Assembly (NCBI GenBank): GCA_008632985.1
Contig: QPGO01000183.1
Span: 1 to 64,000, forward strand
Direction: 5' to 3'
DNA: 64,000 bases
Origin: Psammoneis japonica
Taxonomy: Eukaryota
The notes beneath the pieces are model-generated. The model worked only from the letters and a program-made list of their open reading frames with translations, was not told the DNA's origin and searched no databases. This document shows positions 24,009 through 36,629 of this stretch, piece after piece. A program made the translations under genes and the position numbers. Position 1 is the first letter of the stretch. Each line of letters begins with the position of its first letter.

Positions 24009-27000
24009 CATGCACATCCCATGCCGTGTGAACCGTGCGAGCTGTCCCGCAACTTCCAAAATGCTCCACTTCACACAATTTCACACCAATTGATGCAGAA
24101 AAAATGGCATTGGCAAACATGCACACTGCCTGCTGCAACAAGGCCTTGTCTTCCATGTCATTGATGGATTGTGTTCATGCCACTGGATGGGACAAGAGGA
24201 TGAGGAAAAATTGTTCCTCTTGCTTCAGCAAGCTCTGGAAGAAGCAGAAGAAGCTTCATCCAGACTCTCCTTCCCAAGCCAAGCTCCTCACTTTTCTCCA
24301 TCTATTTTGGCAGTCAGAGTCCAAGTGCCCTTTGAAAATGACTTTCCTTTCAAGCTCCACCTTGAAGCCTGCAAGCAAGGAGTGGTTGACTCCATTCTCT
24401 GCTCTGTCATCAGGTTTTCCCTCATTGGAAACACTGAAACAGACTGTCTGCATGGACCAGCAAGGCACTTCTTCCCTGCCTTGTCTTTGCACAACTTTGT
24501 CTCTGGCCAGTTTTGTGGCAACATCAGTGAATCAGATGCTCTGGACAGCTTCTCTCTTGGATCTGAAGATTTGGCCTGCCTTGAAGATCTTTTCCTCACT
24601 GGCCTCAGCATTGGGCTTTCTCCAGAACAAGCTGCCTCCATTCCCACAGCTGAGCTTGGACAAACATTCCTCAATCACTTCCACCACTTCAGACTTTTCA
24701 TTTGCCCAGATGATGCAACAGTCAAGACACTCAATCAAGAGCGCCGTGAAGGTCTGGTTCTTTGCCGTCTGGCCATGCAAATGTTTGGAAACACCAGCCA
24801 GCTCCAGCTTGCAAACACTCTGCCCTTGGAACCAACGATGACACTTCAGTTGTTTCAGAATTGTCAGCTCCTTTTTGAGCTCCTTCCTTGCTCTCTGCAA
24901 CCTCCACTTGGATCTTTCACATTGCACTTAATTTCTGCAGTTCATTTCTCTGTTTTTTCTTCTGCAAAATCAGCCAAATTAATTTGCACTTCACCCCCTT
25001 TTCCCACTTCCCTTTTCCCACTCCCTTCTTGGCTTTGCTTTCCCTTCAGCCTTTGCTTTTGCCCTTTGCCCACTGCCAATTGCCTGAACCCCAACTCCAG
25101 AAGTGCTTGAAGTGGCTGCTTGAACAAGTGCTGTTGAAGCGCAGTGGAGACGGCACAAGTGAGAGCTCCACAAAGAGCACAATGTCCTCACAAACCCTGT
25201 GACCCCAACCCCAGCGGCCCAACCCTGACCCCAAGTGCCATGAAGGTCTGGTTCTTTGCCATCCAGCCACGCAAATGTTTGGAAACACCGACCAGCTCTA
25301 GCTTGCAAACACTGTCCTTGGAACCAACAATGACACTTCAGTTGTTTCAGAATTGTCAGCTCCTTTTTGAGCTCATTCCTTGCTCTCTGCAACCTCCATT
25401 TGAATTTTTCACATTGCACTTCTTTTCTGCAGTTCATTTCTCTGTTTTTTCTTCTACAAAATCAGCTGAACCAGTTTGCATTGCACCCCCTTTTCCCACT
25501 TCCCTTTTCCCACTCCCTTCTTGGCTTCACTTTCCCTTTAGCCTTTGTTTTTGCCCTTTGCCCGCTGCCAACTGCCCGAACCCCAACCCCTTGTCAGTGT
25601 TGCAAAACATTCAATTTTGGACAAATCTGTGCTTTTGGTGGTGAAATTTTGTTCGCAAGTGAGAGACCGAGCAAAATTTTAGCAAATGTTCATTTTGTGC
25701 ACAATTTGGGTCACATGCAGCTGGAGCACGTCCCTTGGCCATTTTCCACCTTTTGTGATTTCGTGCACTCAGCCGCCATTTTGCACCCTTGGACATTTTG
25801 TGCTTTCTGAATGATTTTGTGCCTCTGGTCATTTTGTGCCCATGTTGCGCCCTCAGCCATTTTGCACCCTTTGTCACAAGCAGACGTGTTCCAGCTCCAA
25901 GTGGGGTCTTGCGCTGCTGGGCTGTGGCACAGTCATCCAAAGTTGGCATGCCAACTTTTGATCCAAAGTTGGCGTGCCAACTTTTGACCCAAAGTTGGCG
26001 TGCCAACTGTTGAGCCAAAGTTGGCATGCCGACTCATGACCCAAAGTTAGCGTGCCAACTTTTGACCCAAAGTTGGCATGCCGACTTTTGGCCCAAAGTT
26101 GGCATGCCGACTTTTGTGAAAAGTTGGCGTGCCAAATTTTGACCCAAAGTCAACATGCTGAGTTTTGCTCCAAAGTTGGCATGCCAAGTTTTGGCCCAAA
26201 GTCAACATGCTGAGTTTTGCTCCAAAGTTGGCATGCCAAGTTTTGACCCAAAGTTGGCATGCCGACTTTTGACGCAAAGTTGGCATGCCGACTTTTGGCC
26301 CAAAGTTGGCATGATGATGTTTGACCCAAAGTTGGCATTCCGACTTTTGATCCAAAGTTGGCATGCCGACTTTTGTGCAAAGTTGGCATGCCAAGTTTTG
26401 TGCAAAGTTGGCATGCCAACTTTTGATCCAAAGTTTGCACACCACAACAGATGAGCTCCAGATGTGGGTGGGAATTCTTTTGACATTGGGCCCACAGAAT
26501 TTGGCAGTGATTAAAACGTCAATGATCGCCAACAGAAAATCAGGCAATTTTGCGAGTGCGCAAACTCACCCATGATTGAAGCACATCATTTTTTGCTTGG
26601 CCAGTTGCATTCTTCAGACATTGAAGAGTGTGGCTGGCACATTGTTGTTTCTCTGAATTTGTTGCATGAAACATCTGGGGCTTTGCAAAACAGCAAGTTT
26701 GGACATTTTTTTTTAAATGTCACTCACAGAAAGGCACGTGCAAAACATGCGACGGATGACAAAAATCATGTGGTTCACACGTCAGTGCTGCGAGCTTCCA
26801 CCTGGGGCTGGAGCGCGTCATCATGAAGCAGATCCCACCTTCCCACCATTGTTTCAGCTGATCCACTCAACATGGCCCAGCAAGATGAAAAACCAAAGAC
26901 CAAAGACACCCCAAAAACAAAACATCATCAAGAAAGCAAAGAATGGTTGCCAGCGGTGCTCTGCACTTCTGGGTGTTCTGCATTTGTGCTTGCAGACGCG

Positions 27001-27643
27001 TTCCAGCTCCAGGTGGGACCTCGCACTGCCGAACTGTGATGTTTGACAGTTTTTTGGATCACACTGTGTGTCACGCACGCAGAAAGGTGCGCAACTTTTG
27101 TGAAATTTTGTGTCATTTTGTGGCACACTTGTTGAGCAATCTGTCCAACAACTTTTGACATTTTTTTCTTCTGCGCCATTCACAAATGTCTTGAGAATGG
27201 CGCAGGGCAGGCGCACTTGCAAAAACGTCAAGTGGCAATGGTCATGATTGCACCACAAACTTGGTCGTTCATTTGATGTTGAAGATGAAATTGTCTGTCA
27301 ATTGAACTCTTGCAATGCGGAGCTCGCGCACAGAATTCTGCGGGCCCAATGTCACAAAAAGTCCCCGCCCAGAACTGGAGCCCGTCTGCATCAGAATTTG
27401 GGTGCCGTCACCGTCGTTGGCACCTCACAAGCAAAAATGGTGCAGGTGGCCCTTTGTTGCTTTTTGCCATTGCATCAAACACAAAACCTTGCTCAAATTG
27501 TGGCCTGATCTTGGCAGGATTCTCTGCCGTGCTGCTTCAGCGAGCATTTGATCACCTCTTTTGCTGCATGGCTTTTTCACAAAATGCAACAACAACCATG
27601 TGAGGGCAGCTGCAATGACAACTCAAGTCACAAGGACAGCACA
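24009..27643 (+). repeat. segmental duplication, partner ~33211-36595
   Basis: Colinear from CATGCACATCCCATGCCGTGTG onward; contains an internal tandem duplication (~24745-25100 / ~25237-25590). Confidence 0.9.
25936..26435. repeat. 26-bp palindromic minisatellite, array 2
   Basis: Same unit as 19259-19700. Confidence 0.95.
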
Positions 27644-28210
27644 GACGTGTTCCAGCCGCACGTGACCCAAACCGTGCACAAAAACAACATTTGCACGATT
27701 TTTGCGTGGTCTCTGACTTGTGAAAGGTTTTTCACCACCAAAAGTGTAGATTCGTTCAAATTCTGTTGTTTTGCAACACTGACAAGACTCGTGTGAGTGT
27801 TGCAAAATTCGTTGTTGTTGTGCCATCAATGTTTTTCATTGCGCCAAACAAGTCGCAACACAACGAATGATTTTCGGCGAAAATGTTGCCGTCACTTGGA
27901 TGTCAACCAAACACATCTTTCTACGATGCTTCTTGGCACATTTTCCACCTGCAAAGAAATCTCAGCATGAAGACCAGTGACGCACAATCAGCATTGAGTC
28001 TTCTGAGGAAGTTTGTGATGCACATCCCATGAGGACTTTAACACCCCACAAAAAACTGTTTGATTCTTCACAATTCTTCATGCTCTGGACGCCCATGAAA
28101 GCCAATCTGCCCAAGCATTTCATGTGAAAATGCTCTGTGCACTGATGGACACACAATTTGTGCTCAAAATCGATTGTCGTTTTTTGTGTCACCTGGGACT
28201 GGAACACGTC
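27644..28210 (-). mobile_element. ~566-bp MITE, inverted orientation, TSD CACA
   Basis: CACA|GACGTGTTCCAG...CTGGAACACGTC|CACA; empty site GGACAGCACAACTG at ~21328. Confidence 0.9.
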
Positions 28211-28919
28211 CACAACTGCTGCCACTGCCACCACCATTGCCAACAGCAGACGTGCTCCAGTCCCAGGTGACACACAAAACGACAATCGATTTTGAGTGCA
28301 AATTGTGTGTCTTCAAGTGTGTGGAGCATTTTGGTGTAAAGTGCTTGAGCAGATTGGCTTTTGCAGGCGTGCAGAGTGTGGACATTTAAGCGACTTGTGA
28401 CATTTTGTTCTTCTGCGTCATTCACAAATGTCTTGAGAATGGCGCAGGGCAGGTGCATTTGCAAAAAAGTCAAGTGGCGATGGTCATGATTGCACCACAA
28501 ACTTGGTCGTTCATTTGATGTTGAAGATGAAATTGTCTGTCAACTAAATTCTTGCAATGCGGAGCTCGCACGGAGAATTCTGCGGGCCCAATGTCACAAA
28601 AAAGTCCCGCCCAGGGCTGGAGCCCGCCTGCATCAGAATTTAGATGCCGTCACCGTCGTTGGCACCTCACAAGCAAAAATGGTGCAGGTGGCCCTTTGTT
28701 GCTTTTTGCCATTGCATCAAACACAAAACCTTGCTCAGATTGTGGCCTGATCTTGGCAGGATTCTCTGCCATGCTGCTTCAATGAGCATTTGATCACCTC
28801 TTTTGCAGTGTGGCTTTTTCACAAAATGCAACAACAACCATGTGAGGGCAGCTGCAATGACAACTCAAGTCACAAGGACAGCACAACTGCTGCCACTGCC
28901 ACCACCATCACCAACAGCA

Positions 28920-30049
28920 GACGTGTTCCAGTCCCAGGTGACACACAAAATGACAATCAATTTTGAATGCAAACTGTGTGTCTTTGAGTGCACGAAGCAT
29001 TTTGGTGCAAAACACTTGAGCGGATTGGCTTTTGCAGGCGTGCAGAGCATGGAAATTTAAACAATTCATTGTGGGGCATCAAAGTTCTCATGGGACATGC
29101 ATCATAAACTCCCTCAGTGGACTCAATGCTGATTGTGCATCAGTGCATTTCAAACTGAGATTTCTTTGCAGGTGGAAAACATGCCAAGCAGCATCGTAGA
29201 AAGGACGTGTTCCAGCCCCAGGTGACACACAAAACGACAATTGATTTTGAATGTAAATCATGCATCTGTCAGTGCGTGCAGCATTTTTGCATGAAATGCT
29301 CAAGCGGGTTGGCTTTCACAGGCATCCAGAGTGTGAACAATTGTGAAGAATTAAATGGTTTTTTGTGGGGCATTAAAGTCCTCATGGGACATGCACCACA
29401 AACTTCCTCAGCAGACTCAATGCTGATTGCACGTCACTGGTCTTTGTGCTGAGATTTCTTTGCAGGTGGAAAACATGCCAAGAAGCATCGCAGAAAGATG
29501 TGTTTGGTCAACATCCAAATGACGGCAACAATTTCGCCAAAAGTCATCCGTTGTGTTGCGACTCGTTTGGTGCAATGAAAAACATTGATGGCACGACAAC
29601 AATGATTTTGCAACACTCACACGAGTCTTGTCAGTGTTGCAAAACAATGGAATTTGAATGAATCTGTGCTTTTGGTGGTGAAAAACCGTTCGCAAGTCAG
29701 AGACCGCGCAAAAATCGCGCAAATGTCGTTTTTGTGCATGATTTGGGTCACGTGCGGCTGGAACACGTCAAAGACATGTTCAGTTGACATCCAAGTGACG
29801 GCAACAATTTTGCCAAAAATCATCTGTTGTGTTGCGATTCATTTGTCGCAATGAAAAACATTGATGGTGCAACGACAATGATTTTGCAACACTCACACGA
29901 GTCTTGTCAGTGTTGCAAAACACTCAAATTTGATTGAACAAATCTGTGCTTTTGGTGGTGAAAAACTGCTTGCAAGTCAGAGACTGCACAAAAATCACGC
30001 AAATGTCATTTTTGTGCATGATTTGGGTCTCGTGCGGCTGGAACACGTC
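28920..30049 (+). mobile_element. 566-bp-type MITE (TSD AGCA) carrying a nested copy of itself
   Basis: AGCA|GACGTGTTCCAG...CTGGAACACGTC|AGCA. Confidence 0.88.
29204..29769 (+). mobile_element. nested 566-bp MITE, TSD AAAG
   Basis: AAAG|GACGTGTTCCAG...CTGGAACACGTC|AAAG. Confidence 0.9.
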
Positions 30050-30578
30050 AGCAGTGACACCAACAAGAAGAAGCAACAGAGACCACTCTGTGGGTTTGTG
30101 CCTTGCACACTCACTTTGTTCTTGGCGGGCCTTGCTGGTGCTGTCACAAAAGGAACTGCACACCATTGGTGGAGGACAAAACACATGCAGAGCTTGTCTG
30201 CCATGAAAATGTCAGGCTTTTTGGCCCTTTCTTGGTTTCAAAAGACAAGGCAAGGGCACCCCAAAAACAAAATTCTTTTCACATTGGACGTGGCCAACGT
30301 GTTGGTCAATTTCATTTTAGGGCAATCGGAGGAGTCTTGAGGGCTCAGACACACAAGCATGCCAGATTGGCGGACAAGGGATGTTTTGTGCCCCTTTTTA
30401 GAAAGAGGCAACAAACAATGGGTCGCAGTTGCGCAACCACACAATCTCAGATTTTGGTCTCAAATCTTGTTGTGCCATGGACTGCATGCAACAAACCTGT
30501 GTCAACACCAAATGGGTCTGTTGTTCATTGTGATGTGTGCAAATGCCTGCAAGGCATGCCACCTGATGTTCTGTCACT

Positions 30579-31144
30579 GACGTGTTCCAGTCCCAGGTGA
30601 CACACAAAATGACAATCGATTTTGAACATGAGCTGTGCACCCATCAGTGCATGGAGCATTTTCACACAAAATGCTTGGGCGGATTGGCTTTTGCAGGCGT
30701 CCAGAGTGTGAACAACCATGAAGAACCAAACAGTTTTTTGTGGGGCATTAAAGTCCTCATGAGACATGCATCACAAACTTCCTCAGCAGACTCAATGCTG
30801 ATTGCACGTCAATGGTCTTTGTGCTGAGATTTCTCTGCAGGTGGAAAACACACCAAGAAGCATCGTAGAAAGACATGTTTGGTTGACATCCAAATGACAG
30901 CAACAATTTCACCGAAAATCATCCGTTGTGTTGCGACTCGTTTGGCACAATGAAAAACATTGATGGCACAGTGACAATGATTTTGCAACACTCACACGAG
31001 TCTTGCCAGTGTTGCAAAACAACAGAATTTGAACAAATCTGTGCTTTTGGTGGTGAAAAACCACTCGCAAGTCAGAGACCGTGCAAAAATTGCGCAAATG
31101 TCGTTTTTGTGCATGACTTGGGTCACGCGCGGCTGGAACATGTC
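30579..31144 (+). mobile_element. 566-bp MITE, TSD CACT
   Basis: CACT|GACGTGTTCCAG...CTGGAACATGTC|CACT; empty site CTGTCACTTGAC at ~22518. Confidence 0.9.
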
Positions 31145-31479
31145 CACTTGACAATTTCTCAGCGCAGATCCAGTCCTGCAGAGCAGAGTCCATCAAAACT
31201 CTCTCCCCCCTCTGGAGCATTGCAAAACTTGCAGGTTCCACAGAAACAATTTGTCCTGCCCAAAGCACGTGCAAAAAGCATCACAAAATTTGAGTGTGGC
31301 CCTGGTGGGATCTCCTTTTCAACACAATCTGGAAGCTGTGCAAGTCATTTCCTTGACCTCAGCCTTCCTTCCAGCATTGCTTGACAGCTTCTGCACTCAT
31401 TGTCTGCCTTCAAACTGTTGTTGGGCACTGCTGTTGCTCTCCTGTCCATCGACTGGAGAAAAAATCTCATCATTTTTGT

Positions 31480-31868
31480 GATGGGTTCCAGCCCCAGGTG
31501 GGACTTTTGTGATGTTGGGCCCACAGAATTCTGCGTGTGAGCTCCGCATTCCGAGAACTCAGCTGATGGATGTTTTCATCTTCAACATCAAACAAATGAC
31601 CAAGTTTGTGGTGCATTTGTGACAATTGCCAATTTGCGTTTTTGCAAGTGCGCCTGCCCTGCGCGATTCTTAAGACATTTGAGAATCGCGCTGCAACAAA
31701 AAATGTCAAAAGTTGTTGGACGGATCGCTCAATGAGTGTGCCACAAAATGGCGCAAAATTTCACAAAAGTCGCGCACCTTTCTGCGTGCGCGACATGCGG
31801 TGTGATCCAAAAAACTGTTGATGTCACAGCTCAGCAGTGCGAGGTCCCACCTGGAGCTGGAGCGCGTC
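31480..31868. mobile_element. ~390-bp MITE, TSD TTGT
   Basis: TTGT|GATGGGTTCCAG...CTGGAGCGCGTC|TTGT; empty site TTTTTGTGAGGG at ~22851. Confidence 0.87.
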
Positions 31869-33210
31869 TTGTGAGGGCTGTCAGTGAACAGGGGGACATG
31901 TTTCATCAATTTGGGGGTGTTTCGTGGGTGTCTGTCCATCAGCCCAAACTTGCAAGCAGAATCGATGCGTCTGCGCACCTGTGTCGCAGGGTCTGTCCAT
32001 TGACTGGAGAAAAAATCTCATCATTTTTGTGTTGTCTGTCTGTCAACAGGAGAGATGTTTCATCAATTTAGGGGCTTGTCTGTCAACCGTCAGAGAAAAA
32101 CAACACCTCACAACCCAACCCCAAACCCTCCCATCCCACATTCCCTCAATGTGCGCTGGGCTGCGTGCAAAACTGTTTCACCTGCCACCTCTTGTTCGAA
32201 ACCCAAAATTGGTCAAATTGAAAATTTGAGCACACTTTGCCTGACAAAATCGATCATTTTCTTTCGATCTGTCGGCGGACCCTTTGCAAAAAACGATCAG
32301 AAAATCAATTTTTCAACACAGAGGATTTTTGAAAACTCAAAATAGACCCATTCTGCTGATTTTCTGGAAAGGGTCCACCAACAGTTCATTTCCTTGTTGT
32401 TTTTGGCGCAAGTGACACGCGCAACTGTCGATGAAAAAATCCAGGCATTTGATTTCGAACAAGCATTTTCTTCTTCATCTCTTTCACCTGCAGGAACCAT
32501 GCTGTGGCCCACTGGCATGTCCAAGAATGCACAAAATGAACCCGTTTTTAACATCTTCAACATCTGACACAAGTGCATGTGCGCGTCATTTCACATGAAC
32601 ACCTGCGTAAAATGTGCATCACCTCAACTTTGAATGTTTCTAGTTTGCTCCAAACATGCGCCAGAGACCACAGCAAAGGCGCCGTTGGAAAGAGCAGATT
32701 CTCAGCTTTCCATCAATGTGCCGTTTGTTCCCCACGTGCAATTTGTGCTGGAGATGCAGTCGTGGCAGCCCAAGCGGTTTTGTGTCCAGCGCAGCGCAGT
32801 TGAATGTGCGCAGGTGCGCACACACACAAACACACGTGGCAGGTCATGACCATCATTTCAAATGGGTCGCGAGCTTTGTTTCCTGGTTTTTGTGATCCAG
32901 GCAGTTTTGCATGTGGTGGATGTTGTTTTGTCTCAGAGCCAACTGTTCTGCACTCGCAATTGTCACATAATTTCCAGCTCAATTCAGACAATTCCAGTGT
33001 CAAAACTGCACTCATTTTATCTGCATTCTTAGATGCAACACATGTTCAGTCCTTTCAACCGTCACACATTTTTTCATGCACATTTCTTGTGCACAAAACT
33101 TGTCACTGTGTTGCACCCATGTCAGAACATTCACACATTTGCACAACATCTGCTTCCTGTGGCAATCACATTCAACGGATGCAACTGCCACACTTTCCTG
33201 TGCTTTTCAA

Positions 33211-36200
33211 CATGCACATCCCATGCCGTGTGAACTGTGCGAGCTGTCCCACGACTTCCAAGATGCTCCACTTCACACAATTTCACACCGGTTGATGCAG
33301 AAAAAAACAGCATCAGTGAACATGCACACTGCCTGCTGCAACAAGGCCTTGTCTTCCATGTCATTGATGGACTGTGTTCATGCCACTGGGTGTGACAAGA
33401 GGATGAGGAAAAATTGTTCCTCTTGCTTCAGCAAGCTCTGGAAGAAGCAGAAGAAGCTTCATCCAGACTCTCCTTCCCAAGCCAAGCTCCTCACTTTTCT
33501 CCATCTATTTTGGCAGTCAGAGTCCAAGTGCCCATTGAAACATGACTTTCCTTTCAAGCTCTGCCTTGAAGCCTGCAAGCAAGGAGTGGTTGACTCCATT
33601 CCCTGCTCTGTCATCAGGTGTTCCCTCATTGGAAACACTGAACAGACTGTCTGCATGGACCAGCAAGGCACTTCTTCCCTGCCTTGTCTTTGCACAACTT
33701 TGTCTCTGGTCAGTTTTGTGGCAACATCAGTGAATCAGATGCTCTGGACAGCTTCTCTCTTGGATCTGAAGATTTGGCCTGCCTTGAAGATCTCTTCCTC
33801 ACTGGCCTCAGCATTGGGCTTTCTCCAGAACAAGCTGCCTCCATTCCCACAGCTGAGCTTGGACAAACATTCCTCAATCACTTCCACCACTTCAGACTTT
33901 TCATTTGCCCAGATGATGCAACAGTCAAGACACTCAATCAAGAGCACCATGAAGGTCTGGTTCTTTGCTGTCTAGCCATGCAAATGTTTGGAAACACCAG
34001 CCAGCTCCAGCTTGCAAACACTCTGCCCTTGGAACCAACAATGACACTTCAGTTGTTTCAGAATTGTCAGCTCCTTTTTGAGCTCCTTTCTTGCTCTCTG
34101 CAACCTCCATTTGGATCTTTCACATTGCACTTAATTTCTGCAGTTCATTTCTCTGTTTTTTCTTCTACAAAATCAGCCAAATTAATTTGCACTTCACCCC
34201 CTTTTCCCACTTCCCTTTTCCCACTCCCTTCTTGGCTTTGCTTTCCCTTCAGCCTTTGCTTTTGCCCTTTGCCCACTGCCAATTGCCTGAACCCCAACTC
34301 CAGAAGTGCTCGAAGTGGCTGCTTGAATGAGCACTGTTGAAGCGCAGTGGAGACGGCACAAGTGAGAGCTCCACAAAGAGCACAATGTCCTCACAAACCC
34401 TGTGACCCCAACCCCAGCGGCCCAACCCTGACCCCAAGTGCCATGAAGGTCTGGTTCTTTGCCGTCCAGCCATGCAAATGTTTGGAAACACCGACCAGCT
34501 CTAGCTTGCAAACACTGTCCTTGGAACCAACGATGACACTTCAGTTGTCTCAGAATTGTCAGCTCCTTTTTGAGCTCCTTCCTTGCTCTCTGCAGCCTCC
34601 ATTTGAATCTTTCACATTGCACTTCTTTTCTTTAGCTCATTTCTCTGTTTTTTCTTCTACAAAATCAGCTGAGTTGATTTGCGTTTCACCCCCTTTTCCC
34701 ACTTCCCTTTTCCCACTCCCTTCTTGGCTTCACTTTCCCTTTAGCCTTTGTTTTTGCCCTTTGCCCACTGCCAATTGCCCAAACCCTGACCCCTTGTCAG
34801 TGTTGCAAAACATTCGATTTTGGACAAATCTGTGCTTTTGGTGGTGAAATTTTGTTCGCAAGTGAGAGACCGAGCAAAATTTGAGCAGTTGTTCATTTTG
34901 TGCATGATTTGGGTCACGTGCAGCTGGAACATGTCCCTTGGCCATTTTCCACCTTTTGTGATTTCATGCACTCAGCCGCCATTTTGCACCCTCAGACATT
35001 TTGTGCTTTCTGAATGATTTTGTGCCTCTGGTCATTTTGTGCCCATGTTGCACCCTCAGCCATTTTGCACCCTTTGTCACAAGCAGACGTGTTCCAGCTG
35101 CATGTGGGACCTTGCGCTGCTGGGCTGTGGCGCAATCATCCAAAGTTGGCATGCCAAGTTTTGTGCAAAGTTGGCATGCCAAGTTTTGACCCAAAGTCGG
35201 CATGCCGAGTTTTGCTCCAAAGTTGGCATGCCGACTTTTGACCCAAAGTTGGCATGCCGACTTTTGATCCAAAGTTGGCATGCGGACTTTTGGCCCAAAG
35301 TTGGCATGCCGACTTTTGACCCAAAGTTGGCATGCCGACTTTTGATCCAAAGTTGGCACGCCAACTTTTGACCCAAAGTTGGCATGCCAAGTTTTGTGCA
35401 AAGTTGGCATGCCAAGTTTTGATCCAAAGTTTGCACACCACATCAGATGCATTCCAGATGTGGGTGGGAATTCTTGCATGATCGCCAACAGAAAATCAGG
35501 CAATTTTGCAAATGCACAAACTCGCCCATGATTGAAGCACATCATTTTTTGCTTGGCCAGCTGCACTCTTCAGACATTGAAGAATGTGGCTGGCACATTG
35601 TTGTTTCTCTGAATTTCTTGCATGAAACATCTGGGGCTTTGCAAAACAGCGAGTTTGGACATTTTTTTTAAATGTCACTCACAGAAAGGCACGTGCAAAA
35701 CATGCGACGGATTACAAAAGTCATTTGTGTCACATGTCAGTGCTGCGAGCTCCCACCTGGGGCTGGAACGCGTCATCATGAAGCAGATTCCATCTTCCCA
35801 CCATTTTTTCAGTTGATCCACTCAACATGACCCAGCAAGATGAGCATCCAAAGACCAAAGACACCCCAAAAACAAAACATCAAGAAAGCAAAGAATGGTT
35901 GCCAGCAGTGCTCTGCACTTCTGGGTGTTCTGCGTTTGTGCTTGCAGATGTGTTCCAGCTCCAGGTGGGACCTCGCACTGCCGAACTGTGACATCGACAG
36001 TTTTTTGGATCACACCGCATGTCGTGCACACAGAAAGGTGCGCGGCTTTTGTGAAATTTTGCATCATTTTGTGGCACACTTGTTGAGCAATCCGTCCAAC
36101 AACTTTTGACATTTTTTCTTCTACGCCATTCACAAATGTCTTGAGAATGGCACAGGGCAGGTGCATTTGCAAAAATGTCAAGTGGCAATGGCCACAATTG

Positions 36201-36628
36201 CACCACAAACTTGGTCGTTTGTTTGATGTTGAAGACAAAATTGTCCATCAATTGAACTCTTGTAATGCGGAGCTCGCACGCAGAATTCTGCGGGCCCAAT
36301 GTCACAAAAAGTCCCACCCAGGACTGGAGCCCGTCTGCATCAGAATTTAGATGCCGTCACCGTTGTTGGCACCTCACAAGCAAAAATGGTGCAGGTGGCC
36401 CTTTGTTGCTTTTTGCCATTGCATCAAACACAAAACCTTGCTCAGATTGTGGCCTGATCTTGGCAGGATTCTCTGCCATGCTGCTTCAGCGAGCATTTGA
36501 TCACCTCTTTTGCTGTGTGGCTTTTTCACAAAATGCAACAACAACCATGTGAGGGCAGCTGCAATGACAACTCAAGTCACAAGGACAGCACAACTGCTGC
36601 CACTGCCACCACCATTGCCAACAGCAGA
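33211..36628 (+). repeat. segmental duplication of ~24009-27643
   Basis: Colinear copy; ends at a MITE-terminus remnant (AGCA GACGTG). Confidence 0.9.
35139..35431. repeat. 26-bp palindromic minisatellite, array 3 (shorter)
   Basis: Same unit as the other arrays. Confidence 0.95.
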
Positions 36629-36629
36629 C

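Noticed and set aside
24530..24930. Minus-strand frame with GQIFRSKREAVQSI, faintly like a MuDR/FAR1 N-terminal domain
   Set aside because: A single weak motif with no DDE domain seen; not enough to call a transposase.
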